This document shows positions 9,189-17,964 of a stretch of 64,000 nt of DNA, one piece after another. Position numbers and translations under genes: made by a program. The DNA is from an uncultured Chloroflexia bacterium (lineage in GTDB: Bacteria > Chloroflexota > Limnocylindria > Limnocylindrales > CSP1-4). Position 1 is the stretch's first letter; the number at the start of each line of letters is the position of its first letter. The notes below the pieces were generated by a model that saw only the letters and a list, made by a program, of their open reading frames with translations, ran no database searches and was not told the DNA's origin. Location of the stretch: positions 2,240,001 through 2,304,000 of the forward strand of contig OY970218.1 in NCBI GenBank assembly GCA_963713975.1. Direction: 5' to 3'.

Positions 9189-9983
9189 ATGGCGCAACGC
9201 TCGCTCGACCGGCGCTGGGAGGCCGCGGTGGCCGAAGAGCTCGCGGGCACCCAGCCCGCAACCGGCATGCCCCTGACCGAGGCCGATATCGCGGCCCTGC
9301 CGGCGCCTGTTCGACGCTACGTACGGGCATCGGGCGCCATCGGCCGCCCCCGATCGCGCAGCATGCGGCTCGACATGGACGCGGTCATGATCCGCAAGCC
9401 CGGCGGGCCGGGGATGGCCGCGACATCGAGTCAGGTCAATGTGTTCGACCGCCCAGCGCGCCTGTTCCTGATGAAGGCGCGGATGTTCGGGCTGCCGGTG
9501 CGGGCGCTCCACCTGTACCGCGGCGAGGACGCCACGTTCCAGGTCCGGGTCGCCTCCCTCGTCGACATGGTCAACGTGCGGGGCGAAGAGATCAGCTCGT
9601 CGGAGACGGTCACCGTCCTCAACGACATGTGTGCGTTCGCCCCAGGGGTGCTCACGGATCCGCGGCTGGCGTGGACGGGGCTCGACGATCGGTCGGTCGC
9701 CGTCACCTTCACCAACGGGAGCCGGCGGGTGACCGCCACGCTGGCGTTCAACGACCGCGACGAGCTGGTGGACTTCTGGTCCGACGATCGTCCGGAGGGC
9801 GGCGACGGGAACTTCGTCGCGGCCCGCTGGAACACGCCGCTGTCGGACTACCGCGTGATCGACGGCCTGCGGCTGCCCACCCGCGGGAGCGCCGTGTATG
9901 CCCGGCCGGACGGGCCGTTCACGTACGGCGAGTTCACCCTGCGCTCCATCGTCTACGACGTGACGGCGCCCGCTCTCTGGTAG
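9189..9983 (+). CDS. DUF6544-like conserved protein
   Basis: LTEADIAALPAPVRRYVRASGAIG, RLFLMKARMFGLPV, ETVTVLNDMC, DELVDFWSDDR; GGAGG RBS before 9189. Confidence 0.75.
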   Translation: MAQRSLDRRWEAAVAEELAGTQPATGMPLTEADIAALPAPVRRYVRASGAIGRPRSRSMRLDMDAVMIRKPGGPGMAATSSQVNVFDRPARLFLMKARMFGLPVRALHLYRGEDATFQVRVASLVDMVNVRGEEISSSETVTVLNDMCAFAPGVLTDPRLAWTGLDDRSVAVTFTNGSRRVTATLAFNDRDELVDFWSDDRPEGGDGNFVAARWNTPLSDYRVIDGLRLPTRGSAVYARPDGPFTYGEFTLRSIVYDVTAPALW

Positions 9984-10043
9984 CGGCAGCGGGCCCGACG
10001 TTGCTTCTGATGTATATGCCATGGGCAGAGGTATACTCCAGCG

Positions 10044-10256
10044 ATGAAGCGACTGCAGATCTACATCGAGGAAGAGTTGGACGACGCGCTGGCCTCCCGG
10101 GCTCGTCGCGCGCACACGTCCAAGGCGGCCCTGATCCGTGATGCCGTCCGCCGCTCGATCGGCGAGCCGGAACCCACGGTCGATCCGTTCCACGACTGGA
10201 TCGGAGGCAGCGATGCTGAGCCGGGATCCGTCGATGATGTCGTCTACGGCTCGTGA
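10044..10256 (+). CDS. vapB: CopG/RHH antitoxin (VapB-like)
   Basis: MKRLQIYIEEELDDALASRARRAHTSKAALIRDAV; overlaps the PIN gene; TATACT 6 nt upstream. Confidence 0.85.
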   Translation: MKRLQIYIEEELDDALASRARRAHTSKAALIRDAVRRSIGEPEPTVDPFHDWIGGSDAEPGSVDDVVYGS

Positions 10257-10645
10257 GATTCGTCGACACCTCCTATTGGGTGGCGCTCCGGCTGCGGCGT
10301 GATGCCAACCACGAGGCCGCGGACCGCCTGTGGTCGCCCGGCAAGGCGCTCCTGACGACAAACCACGTCGTCGGCGAGACGTGGACGTTCCTGCGCCGTC
10401 GTGATGGGCACGCGTCGGCCGTCGCATTCCTCGACGCGGTCGAATCCGCGGACTGGCTCGCCGTTGTGCACGTCGACGAGGGGATCGAGCGTGAGGCGCG
10501 GGCCTGGCTCCGACGTCACGACGAGCGGGTCTACTCGTTCGTCGATGCCACGAGCTTCGTCGTCATGCGCCGGGAGCGGCTCGGGGAGGCATTGGCATTC
10601 GACGGCGACTTCAGCTCGGCTGGCTTCGTCGAGGTGCGACCCTAG
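10253..10645 (+). CDS. vapC: PIN-domain toxin (VapC-like)
   Basis: FVDTSYWVAL, TTNHVVGETWT, YSFVDATSFVVM, AFDGDF acidic PIN residues. Confidence 0.9.
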   Translation: MRFVDTSYWVALRLRRDANHEAADRLWSPGKALLTTNHVVGETWTFLRRRDGHASAVAFLDAVESADWLAVVHVDEGIEREARAWLRRHDERVYSFVDATSFVVMRRERLGEALAFDGDFSSAGFVEVRP

Positions 10646-10696
10646 CCCCGAGCGTCGCGCGGACCTGCCGCGGCTAAGGGTCGCCTCGCCCGTACG

Positions 10697-12541
10697 TCAC
10701 GGCCGATCGGGCAGAAAGATCGCCCCGTCGTTGGGGTCGAAGACGATGTCCCCGCCCGTGCCACCGCTCCAGGTCAGGTACTCCGAGCCCGTCCAGATGC
10801 CGGCCGTGGACTCGCGTCCGCTGGAGTCCTGGAAGGGAGGTGCACGATGGGGTGCCTGGGGCAGTTGGAGACATCGGTCAGTCGCGGGATCGTAGGTCGC
10901 GGCGATCCCGAGGACCCGGGTGCCGGTCCACACGCCGTCGTCCGCGACGCGCGGGCAGGCCGTGACCTTGCGCCAGGCCCCGCTCAGCGGGTCGATCGCC
11001 CTCCCGGCCTCGAGAAAGTACACCGCGTCCGCCCCATCGACGGCGAGGATCCCCGCCTCCAGTGGCGCCAACGGGATCACGTTGCGATCCATCTCGGTCC
11101 ATGCGAGCGTGCCGGGGTCGAACACGGCTGCCCGGACCGGGGTCGAACCATCACCGGGCTCCACGACCACCAGCCGATCCCTCGCGACGGCCCAGGTCGG
11201 CGAGTGGAGCTCGATCGGCGGAGAGGGCGCCTCAGTCCACCGGTCGGTGGCGGGGTCGTAGGCCGCTGAGCCGGCGTCGGTGACGGCGACCAGCCGGCCG
11301 TTGATCATCCGCGCGAACGACACGGCCGAGGCCTGCAACGGCGCGGTGGGCAAGCGGCGCCAGTCGTCGGTCATGGGGTTGTACGCGGCGCCGTCGTGGC
11401 GCGCGGCCCCATCTGGTCTCTGTCCGCCCCAGACCAGGACCTCGGAGCCCGACCACTCGACCGAGGGGTTGAGCCGACCCTCGATGGGAGCCGGCGACGT
11501 CCGCCGCCAGGCATCGTTCTCCACGCCGTAGGCGAGCCCGTACCGGACCAGGTTGGGTTCGAACACGGTGTGCTGGGCGTCAGACTCGGCACCGCCCCAG
11601 ACGAACGCCTCGCTGCCGGTCCAGGTCATGCCGTGACCCCTCCGCCCGCCGGTCGGCGCGATCGTCTGCCGCCAGGCCCCGCGGTAGACGAAGTCGGGAG
11701 GGTCGACCTCACGGTACGAGGACACGACGAACTGCTCCCGGCACCAGGTGGGGTCAGGAGCGAAGCAGTTGGGCCAATCCTCGTCGAAGCGGCCCGTCAC
11801 CTCGACCCAGACACCGTCGGGCAAGCGCTGTCCCGCCGATGCGACAGGCAGCGGAAGCGCAGTCAGGAAATCGGGCGACCCGTCGGCCGAGAGCCATCGG
11901 GTGAGCCGCGAGACGTGGTACTCGCTGGCGATGACCGGGCCGAACGTCAGCTCGCGGTCACCGAAACAGACGAGCCGCTCGAAGGGCTGGAGCTGCGCGA
12001 CGTCAAGGATCGACGCAACCCTGTCCGGGCATGTCGGCTGGTACGGCGTGGATGCAGCCGCAAGGCCGTCCGAGGACACGGTCGCGAACGTCGTGTCGGG
12101 CGTGAGGCCGTGCTCGAGATTGCCCCAGTGCTGGATGACCACCTGTTCCGTGCCGTCCGGAAGGGTGCGTTCCTCAGCGACGTAGACGAGCTGCCCGGCG
12201 AGGCCCGGCGCGAAGTCCTCGGTGAGGCGCCGGATCTCTCCGGCCGTCAGCGGCTGCCCCGCCCACTCACTCGCTGCCGCCGTCCCCCTTGGTTGTGCGA
12301 GGGGCGCAGCCGATGGCGCCGTCACATTGTCGAGAGCGAGCGGCGCGCGCCCGACCGTGATCGCCGCGGTCACGATCACGACCGCGGCGGCGGCGGCGGC
12401 GAGGAACCGGATGCGCAACGAGGGACGCCGCGCACGATCGGGAAGGGCGATCGACACCGCCAGGTCGGGGGGTACCGGGGGCAGCCGACCGTAGTGCGTG
12501 CGGAGGCGTTCCTCGAGGTTCTCGTCTGGCTCGTTGGTCAC
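10697..12541 (-). CDS. Membrane-anchored putative anti-sigma factor with Kelch-like repeats
   Basis: Short cytoplasmic N-terminus (LEERLRTHY), one TM helix, repeated WTGSE(A/V/Y)xxWGG...YNPxTDxWR; GTGA-coupled to the ECF sigma gene. Confidence 0.75.
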   Translation of the reverse strand: MTNEPDENLEERLRTHYGRLPPVPPDLAVSIALPDRARRPSLRIRFLAAAAAAVVIVTAAITVGRAPLALDNVTAPSAAPLAQPRGTAAASEWAGQPLTAGEIRRLTEDFAPGLAGQLVYVAEERTLPDGTEQVVIQHWGNLEHGLTPDTTFATVSSDGLAAASTPYQPTCPDRVASILDVAQLQPFERLVCFGDRELTFGPVIASEYHVSRLTRWLSADGSPDFLTALPLPVASAGQRLPDGVWVEVTGRFDEDWPNCFAPDPTWCREQFVVSSYREVDPPDFVYRGAWRQTIAPTGGRRGHGMTWTGSEAFVWGGAESDAQHTVFEPNLVRYGLAYGVENDAWRRTSPAPIEGRLNPSVEWSGSEVLVWGGQRPDGAARHDGAAYNPMTDDWRRLPTAPLQASAVSFARMINGRLVAVTDAGSAAYDPATDRWTEAPSPPIELHSPTWAVARDRLVVVEPGDGSTPVRAAVFDPGTLAWTEMDRNVIPLAPLEAGILAVDGADAVYFLEAGRAIDPLSGAWRKVTACPRVADDGVWTGTRVLGIAATYDPATDRCLQLPQAPHRAPPFQDSSGRESTAGIWTGSEYLTWSGGTGGDIVFDPNDGAIFLPDRP

Positions 12542-13080
12542 GGCGCGATCCGTCCTGGGCGCGGCACGCCTGATCCGGGCCCTTCGAGCGCGGTGCGCAG
12601 GCGCGCGAGCGCAGATGCGAGACGGGACTTCACCGTGCCGACCGGGATCCCGATGGCGTCCGCGACGGCCTCGTGCGTCAGGTCGGCTCCGTAGTGCAGG
12701 GCGAGCACGGTTCGGTGCTCGACCGACAGCCGGGCGAGCGCGGCGGCGAGGTCAACGTCGCGCTCAACCCACGGGCGTGGGTCGAGCGACAGCGGCTCGA
12801 ACGGCAGGGGCTGGATCTCGTGCACGCGGGCGCCCCGACGGCGCCCGACGTCGCGGCAGCGGTTGACGACGATCCGGCGGAGCCAGGGTTCGAACCGCTC
12901 GGGATCGCGGAGCCTGGGCAGCTCGGACCAAGCCCGGACGAAGGCGTCCTGGGTCACGTCGCGGCCGTCCTCGGGACCAACGATCGACGCGGCGAGCCGG
13001 TACACCCAACCCTCGTTGTGTTTGACGAGTCGAGCAAAGGCATCCCGATCCCCATTCCGTGCACGGACGACGAGGTCCAG
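12538..13080 (-). CDS. ECF sigma-70 factor, probable CTG start
   Basis: Region 2 DVTQDAFVRAW...FEPWLRRIVVNRC and region 4 EAVADAIGIPVGTVKSRL. Frame continues upstream as LDLVVRARNGDRDAFARLV to a CTG 9 nt after GGGAGG, with an in-frame TAG just before. Confidence 0.88.
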   Translation of the reverse strand: MDLVVRARNGDRDAFARLVKHNEGWVYRLAASIVGPEDGRDVTQDAFVRAWSELPRLRDPERFEPWLRRIVVNRCRDVGRRRGARVHEIQPLPFEPLSLDPRPWVERDVDLAAALARLSVEHRTVLALHYGADLTHEAVADAIGIPVGTVKSRLASALARLRTALEGPGSGVPRPGRIAP

Positions 13081-13106
13081 CTGGCCGATCCTCCCTTGCT
13101 ATCCTT

Positions 13107-13131
13107 GACGCACGAACTGCTGAGATCGTTC
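13107..13131 (-). promoter_or_regulatory. ECF-type autoregulatory promoter GAAC-N17-CGTC
   Basis: Minus strand CCGAACgatctcagcagttcgtgCGTC directly upstream of the sigma RBS. Confidence 0.5.
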
Positions 13132-13508
13132 GGCTGCTCAGCAAAGCACACGGGGACGTCTGGGGAGGCTCCTAGCGTGCCGCGCGGTGGCGATGCGGGA
13201 CTCTGGGGTCGGACGGGCGCGGAGTGCCGGCTTCTCTCTTGCTTCGGGGCATCGCGCCGGACCCAGGTCGCCGTCATCGCGGAACGAGGCCAGCTGCTCG
13301 ACCTGCCTCAGCACCGCAAGGGCCAGGGTTCTCCCCAATGGCCGCCCGCCGCGCCGACGCGTACGGTTGAGCTCGTGATGGGGAACACGGGACCTCGCCG
13401 GCGGGGGGGGCCGGCGAGGCGCTCCTTGGTCACACTGGCAATCGCGTCGGAATCGAGCCATTCGGCCCCTCTCGCGCCCAGCGTGAGCCCGAAACTGTCT
13501 GGGTACAG

Positions 13509-16500
13509 ATGAGCCGCGCGTCGGCCATCCAGCAGCAGGGGGTCCGCACTGTGCTCCGTCGCCTTCTGCCGGTCGCCACGGCGGCCTTGCTGATCGCAAC
13601 GCTCGTGCCCGTCACCGCAGGCCCGGTCGCGGCCACCGACCTGGCGGCCCCCATCCTGCTCCAGCCGGCCCCCGGCGCGTCGGTCAACGACACCGGCGTG
13701 CACTTCAGGTGGACTCGGGTTTCGGGCGCCGTCTCGTACCGGCTGCACGTGTGGTCGGTCGCCGAGGGCGAGGGGTTCGACCTCGTCGAGACCACAGCGA
13801 ACGACGACTTCGTCGCGTTTGCCTCGATCCCGACCGCGCTCCTCAACTGGTCGGTGACGTCCATCGATGCCCAGGGCAACGACGGGCAGACGGCCGCATC
13901 GACCTTTGCACCGGCAGATCCTGCCCCTGCCCTTCTGGGTCCGGTTGACGGCACGGTGGTCACGTATCCTGACGCGGGACCACAGTTGCGGGCGTGGTCT
14001 CGCCAGGCTCCGCCCTACTACTACTTCTACGACACCGATGTGGCCGGGCAGGGCGATCCGATGCCGGACCTCGGGGGCACCAGCGCCGAGCCGCGTCTCG
14101 AGCCCGGCACGTATCGGTGGACCGCGGGATATCCGGATCAGCATCACGACCATCCGGTGGCCGCCCCCGTGCGGACGCTGACCGTCGAGTGGCCCGAAGC
14201 GACCCCGCAGCTCCTGGAGCCGGCGGACGGCGCATCGGTCGTGGCGGGCGATACGGCGGTGCTCCGTTGGGGTTCCGTTCCGGGGGCGGTCGCCTACGAG
14301 GTCCAGTTCGATCGCGGCTCGGGGTTCGACGGCCAGCCCGTCATCGGGACGCCGATCCCGGCGTTCGTCCTCTCGGACTTGTGGACCGCGCAGACGCTCC
14401 GCTGGCGGGTCCGCCCGACGCAGACGCCCGCGGGGTTCCTGTGGCCGGTCCGCGGGCCGTGGTCCGAGGCGCGAACGATCACCGTCTCGGCGCAGGGCGA
14501 GATCACGGGGTTGTCGCCCGTCGATGGCGCCGCCGTCGCGAGCTGGCCCGTGTTCCGGTGGGATCCACTGGCGAACGCAAGCGCGTACGAGGTCCAGTTC
14601 GCGATCGACCCGGTCACGGGGCCGACCCAGAGCCGCGTGATCAATACCCCGGCGTTCACCCTCAAGGCCAACGGTGATTGGCTGGCACAGCTCGCAGCAG
14701 GCGAGACCTGGTGGCGGGTCCGGGCGGTCCCGGTCCTCTCCGTCGGGATCGCGAGCGAGTGGTCCTCGTGGCGCCACGTGACCGTCGAGTCGGCGGACGG
14801 CGTGCTGGGAGCGCCGGTTGCCGCAACCGGGATCGGCGCGGCCGCCTGTCCTGAAGGGGACGCGTGCGAGCCCCTGACCGGCTGGCCCATCCTCCGATGG
14901 GAGCCCGTTCGCGGCGCCGCCCTCTACCGGGTGTTCCTCCGCCATCCGCTCACGGCATCAGCGTACGGATACGTCGATGTCGCCGGCGCGGAGCTGGTCG
15001 CCGGACCCCTCGCAAGCCAGGCGTCCGACCCCGGCACGTCGAGGGCGCTGTGGTCGGTGGTCGCCTGCCCGTCATTGGTCGACTGCCCGACCGAGCCCGT
15101 CGGCGCGGTCTATCGCGTGGAGCGCAGCCTGCCCGCTCCGATCCCGGTGAATCCGGGTGACGACGCAACCGTTTACCATGCGGGCCAGGTGCTCACGTGG
15201 CTGCCCGTGCCGTCGGACCTTGCGAGTGGGCCCGATGAGGTTCTGCCGGCCCTCACGACGTGCCTGGAGACCGCCCGAACGCGCGATGGCGGCTCCACGA
15301 CCACGGCCACCAGGTGCTCGACGGCCACGAGCACGATCGTGGACCTCACCGATGATGCCGGCGTCGTCGAGTGGCGCGTCCGCGCCGAGGCCGGCACGAC
15401 GTTCCTGGCCGAACCCGGTGCCTGGTCGGCGCGCCGCTCGTTCCGCCACGCGCCGCCCACGCCGGTCCTGGATTCGCCCGTCGAGGGTGCGACCGTCACC
15501 GGCGCCCCCGTGCTCCGGTGGCACGCGGCACCCTCCGAGGTGCAGTACGGCGTCGACGTCATTCGCGAGGACGTGCATGACGCGTTCGGGTGGAACCTCG
15601 CCATGCGGTACGGGCCCGGTGGTGCCACCTCCATCCAGACCACGACGCCGCTCGCGCCAGGCGCCTATCTCTGGCGGGTGACATCCGGGGACAACGTGGC
15701 GACGGTCGGGCACTTCACTGTCGAGGGCACGACGGAGCTCCCTCTCATCGAACCGGCCGCCGGCGCCATCGTCCCGGCCGACGACGTCGACCTTTCGTGG
15801 ACCGAGGTTCCGTGGGCGAGGTTCTATACCGTGGCGATCGGGTCGACGCCCGACTTCTGGGGCATCGACGCCGTCTGGTGGGGCACGAGCCCGCTGCCGT
15901 CGCTGGCCGTGCCGGTACGCCTACCGGAGGGGCCGCTCTACTGGCGGGTGTGTCCGATGCTCGATGGGCTGAATGCCTCGGACTGCAGTGCGACCAACCA
16001 GCTGGCCGTGGGCGCCTCCGAGGTGCGGGCAATGACGGTCACGTCGGCGCTATCCGCGCGCGATCTCGCCATCCCGACATCGCACGGCCTGCTGGTGCAG
16101 CTCCGCCTCAATGCGACGATGTCAAGCACGGGCCGGGTCCCGCTGCGCGTGCGCTGGACGTCGTCCGACGTCGGCTCGGGCGTCGATGCCCAGGAGATCC
16201 AGGTCAAGCAGGACGACGGCTCGTGGCAGCCGGCAGCCAGTGGCCGCCTGACGGGAACCGCCTCCTACCTCGACCTCAACCTGGCCGCGGGGCACCGCTA
16301 CGACCTGCGCGTGCGGGCGACAGACCTCGCCGGCAACATCGGGGACTGGGCGTCCGCCCGCATCAGCCTTCGGCTCCGCCAGGAGACCTCGTCGGCCTGG
16401 AGATGGTCCGGCAGCTGGTCCCGGGTTCGCTCGACCGCCGCTTCGGGCGGGGCCTTCCGCCGCTCGACGGATCGAGGGGCGACCGCGAAGATGACCTTCA

Positions 16501-16736
16501 CGGCGAGGTCGGTCGCCCTGATCGCGCCTCGCTCGACCAGTCGGGGCAAGGCCGAGGTGTGGATCGACGGGACGAAGGCCACGACGATCCGACTGAACGC
16601 CAACCCAACTGGTGCCCGACGCGTGGTCTTCACCCGGAGTTGGGGCTCCGCTGGGAGCCACCGCATCAAGGTCGTGGTGCTTGGAGCACCCGCCGGCTCT
16701 CGCGTCGACCTGGATGCGATTGTCCTGGTGGAATGA
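13509..16736 (+). CDS. Large secreted protein with ~8 Fn3/Ig-like modules and a C-terminal beta-sandwich
   Basis: Signal peptide (likely GTG start at 13551, VLRRLLPVATAALLIATLV...VAA); repeats of PxLxxPxDGAxV...LxWxxVxGAxxYxV; no catalytic motif recognised. Confidence 0.8.
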   Translation: MSRASAIQQQGVRTVLRRLLPVATAALLIATLVPVTAGPVAATDLAAPILLQPAPGASVNDTGVHFRWTRVSGAVSYRLHVWSVAEGEGFDLVETTANDDFVAFASIPTALLNWSVTSIDAQGNDGQTAASTFAPADPAPALLGPVDGTVVTYPDAGPQLRAWSRQAPPYYYFYDTDVAGQGDPMPDLGGTSAEPRLEPGTYRWTAGYPDQHHDHPVAAPVRTLTVEWPEATPQLLEPADGASVVAGDTAVLRWGSVPGAVAYEVQFDRGSGFDGQPVIGTPIPAFVLSDLWTAQTLRWRVRPTQTPAGFLWPVRGPWSEARTITVSAQGEITGLSPVDGAAVASWPVFRWDPLANASAYEVQFAIDPVTGPTQSRVINTPAFTLKANGDWLAQLAAGETWWRVRAVPVLSVGIASEWSSWRHVTVESADGVLGAPVAATGIGAAACPEGDACEPLTGWPILRWEPVRGAALYRVFLRHPLTASAYGYVDVAGAELVAGPLASQASDPGTSRALWSVVACPSLVDCPTEPVGAVYRVERSLPAPIPVNPGDDATVYHAGQVLTWLPVPSDLASGPDEVLPALTTCLETARTRDGGSTTTATRCSTATSTIVDLTDDAGVVEWRVRAEAGTTFLAEPGAWSARRSFRHAPPTPVLDSPVEGATVTGAPVLRWHAAPSEVQYGVDVIREDVHDAFGWNLAMRYGPGGATSIQTTTPLAPGAYLWRVTSGDNVATVGHFTVEGTTELPLIEPAAGAIVPADDVDLSWTEVPWARFYTVAIGSTPDFWGIDAVWWGTSPLPSLAVPVRLPEGPLYWRVCPMLDGLNASDCSATNQLAVGASEVRAMTVTSALSARDLAIPTSHGLLVQLRLNATMSSTGRVPLRVRWTSSDVGSGVDAQEIQVKQDDGSWQPAASGRLTGTASYLDLNLAAGHRYDLRVRATDLAGNIGDWASARISLRLRQETSSAWRWSGSWSRVRSTAASGGAFRRSTDRGATAKMTFTARSVALIAPRSTSRGKAEVWIDGTKATTIRLNANPTGARRVVFTRSWGSAGSHRIKVVVLGAPAGSRVDLDAIVLVE

Positions 16737-16993
16737 ACCCGCCGCCGACGGCCCAGCGCTTTGTAGATGCTCAGCCGCTGTCGGGCCTTCCCGGCGCCAC
16801 CCCCAGAAGGTCGCCCTCCGTCCCGCCGTCGGCGAGCCACATATGGGCGTAGGTGTGGCGGAACTGGTGAGGTGCAGGTTGGTGAGCCCGGCCACGGCGT
16901 GAGATAGGTCTTGATCGTGGCCGGGCTGCGGTCTACGGCGCGCAGGCTCAGGCGCCAGCTGTCGATGGCCGACCGGAGGTAGAGGTCCGGCAC
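16737..16993 (-). pseudogene. Tyrosine integrase relic with large internal deletion
   Basis: [26 protein letters not shown] joined directly to AVAGL...[21 protein letters not shown], both near-identical to the integrase at 29832-30779; ~600 nt missing plus frameshifts. Confidence 0.9.
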
Positions 16994-17024
16994 CCGGCCC
17001 CGCGCGTGGTACGGTTCCGGCCAC

Positions 17025-17063
17025 GCGGGAGTAGCTCAGCTGGCAGAGCGGCAGCCTTCCAAG
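17025..17063 (+). repeat. attL-like direct repeat: 39-bp 5' half of tRNA-Gly
   Basis: GCGGGAGTAGCTCAGCTGGCAGAGCGGCAGCCTTCCAAG is identical to 30906-30944 and ends one base after the anticodon loop. Confidence 0.93.
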
Positions 17064-17270
17064 TCTCCCGTTCCCGAGCGCTGTGCTCTGATCTCAGGAT
17101 TCCCCGTTCGCTGGCCCTGGTTCCGGGCGAATTTGGCGGTCTGGCCCACAGCGTGATAACAGGCCTTCAGCGCATAACGCGTTTTCGTCGCACAAGAGTC
17201 TGCGGGCGCCCATGACGATCTGGAGGGCTTGACAGGTCACCCTTGACGGTGCGCCCCGGACGGACCTCCG

Positions 17271-17930
17271 TTACTGTCCCGTGTTGGGCAGTCGAGGCGT
17301 GGGCGGGCGTGCTGTGGATCGGCCAGACCGTCGAAGCACGAGGGCCATGGCACCCAGTGCCCCCGTGATGAGAAACAAGAAGCCCGGCCACGGACCCTCC
17401 CGTGAGACGCGCTGGGCGCGCGCCGGAAATGCGTCCGTCGCCGGAAGCTCCGCGAGGGCGCGCACGCGGTTCTCCGACAGCTTCTGAACGCCCGGCATGA
17501 AGAACCGGTCCGGGCGACCCTCCACCCAGGCGACAGCGACGACTCGGTCGATCGATGCTCCTGGCTGGCCGGAGAACGCGAACGCCAGGACATCCCCGAC
17601 CTGCGCGTACAGTTCCGACTCGTCGCAGACCTTCATGACGTCTGCGAAGCGCGTCCCAGTCTCGACCCTGAAGCTCGCCGGGGCGTCACCACGCAGGACG
17701 TCGATCACGTCCACGCGGAACGTGGTCGTCTGCCCGTTGATCGGCATCACAAGGCTTTCGGCGACCCGGCCGAGGAGGATGGTCCCGGCCGCGGGCGCCA
17801 ACCTGGTGAACGCCGGCCAGCGGTCCGTCCTGGTGCACTCCGCATAGACGCCTGCGGTAGCGACCTGCGACGCAAGAGTCGCCAGGAGCATCGCCACGAC
17901 CCATCGAACCAGCCGACGCGGGTGCGTCAT
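17271..17930 (-). CDS. Secreted protein with LPATD motif + TM + basic tail (sortase-like anchor)
   Basis: GGAGGGAG RBS, signal peptide MTHPRRLVRWVVAMLLATLA, C-terminal ELPATDA...FLFLITGALGAMALVLRRSGR. Confidence 0.75.
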   Translation of the reverse strand: MTHPRRLVRWVVAMLLATLASQVATAGVYAECTRTDRWPAFTRLAPAAGTILLGRVAESLVMPINGQTTTFRVDVIDVLRGDAPASFRVETGTRFADVMKVCDESELYAQVGDVLAFAFSGQPGASIDRVVAVAWVEGRPDRFFMPGVQKLSENRVRALAELPATDAFPARAQRVSREGPWPGFLFLITGALGAMALVLRRSGRSTARPPTPRLPNTGQ

Positions 17931-17964
17931 GGATCTCCCTCCAGGGTGGTGCGTGGCCGGATGC

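Noticed and set aside
13308-14945. 545-aa minus-strand ORF
   Set aside because: Antisense to the repeat surface protein; Arg/Gly/Pro-rich with no motifs.
7894-16736. Left boundary (second tRNA fragment) of the putative older element
   Set aside because: No further tRNA-Gly fragment found by eye, so no element coordinates are claimed.
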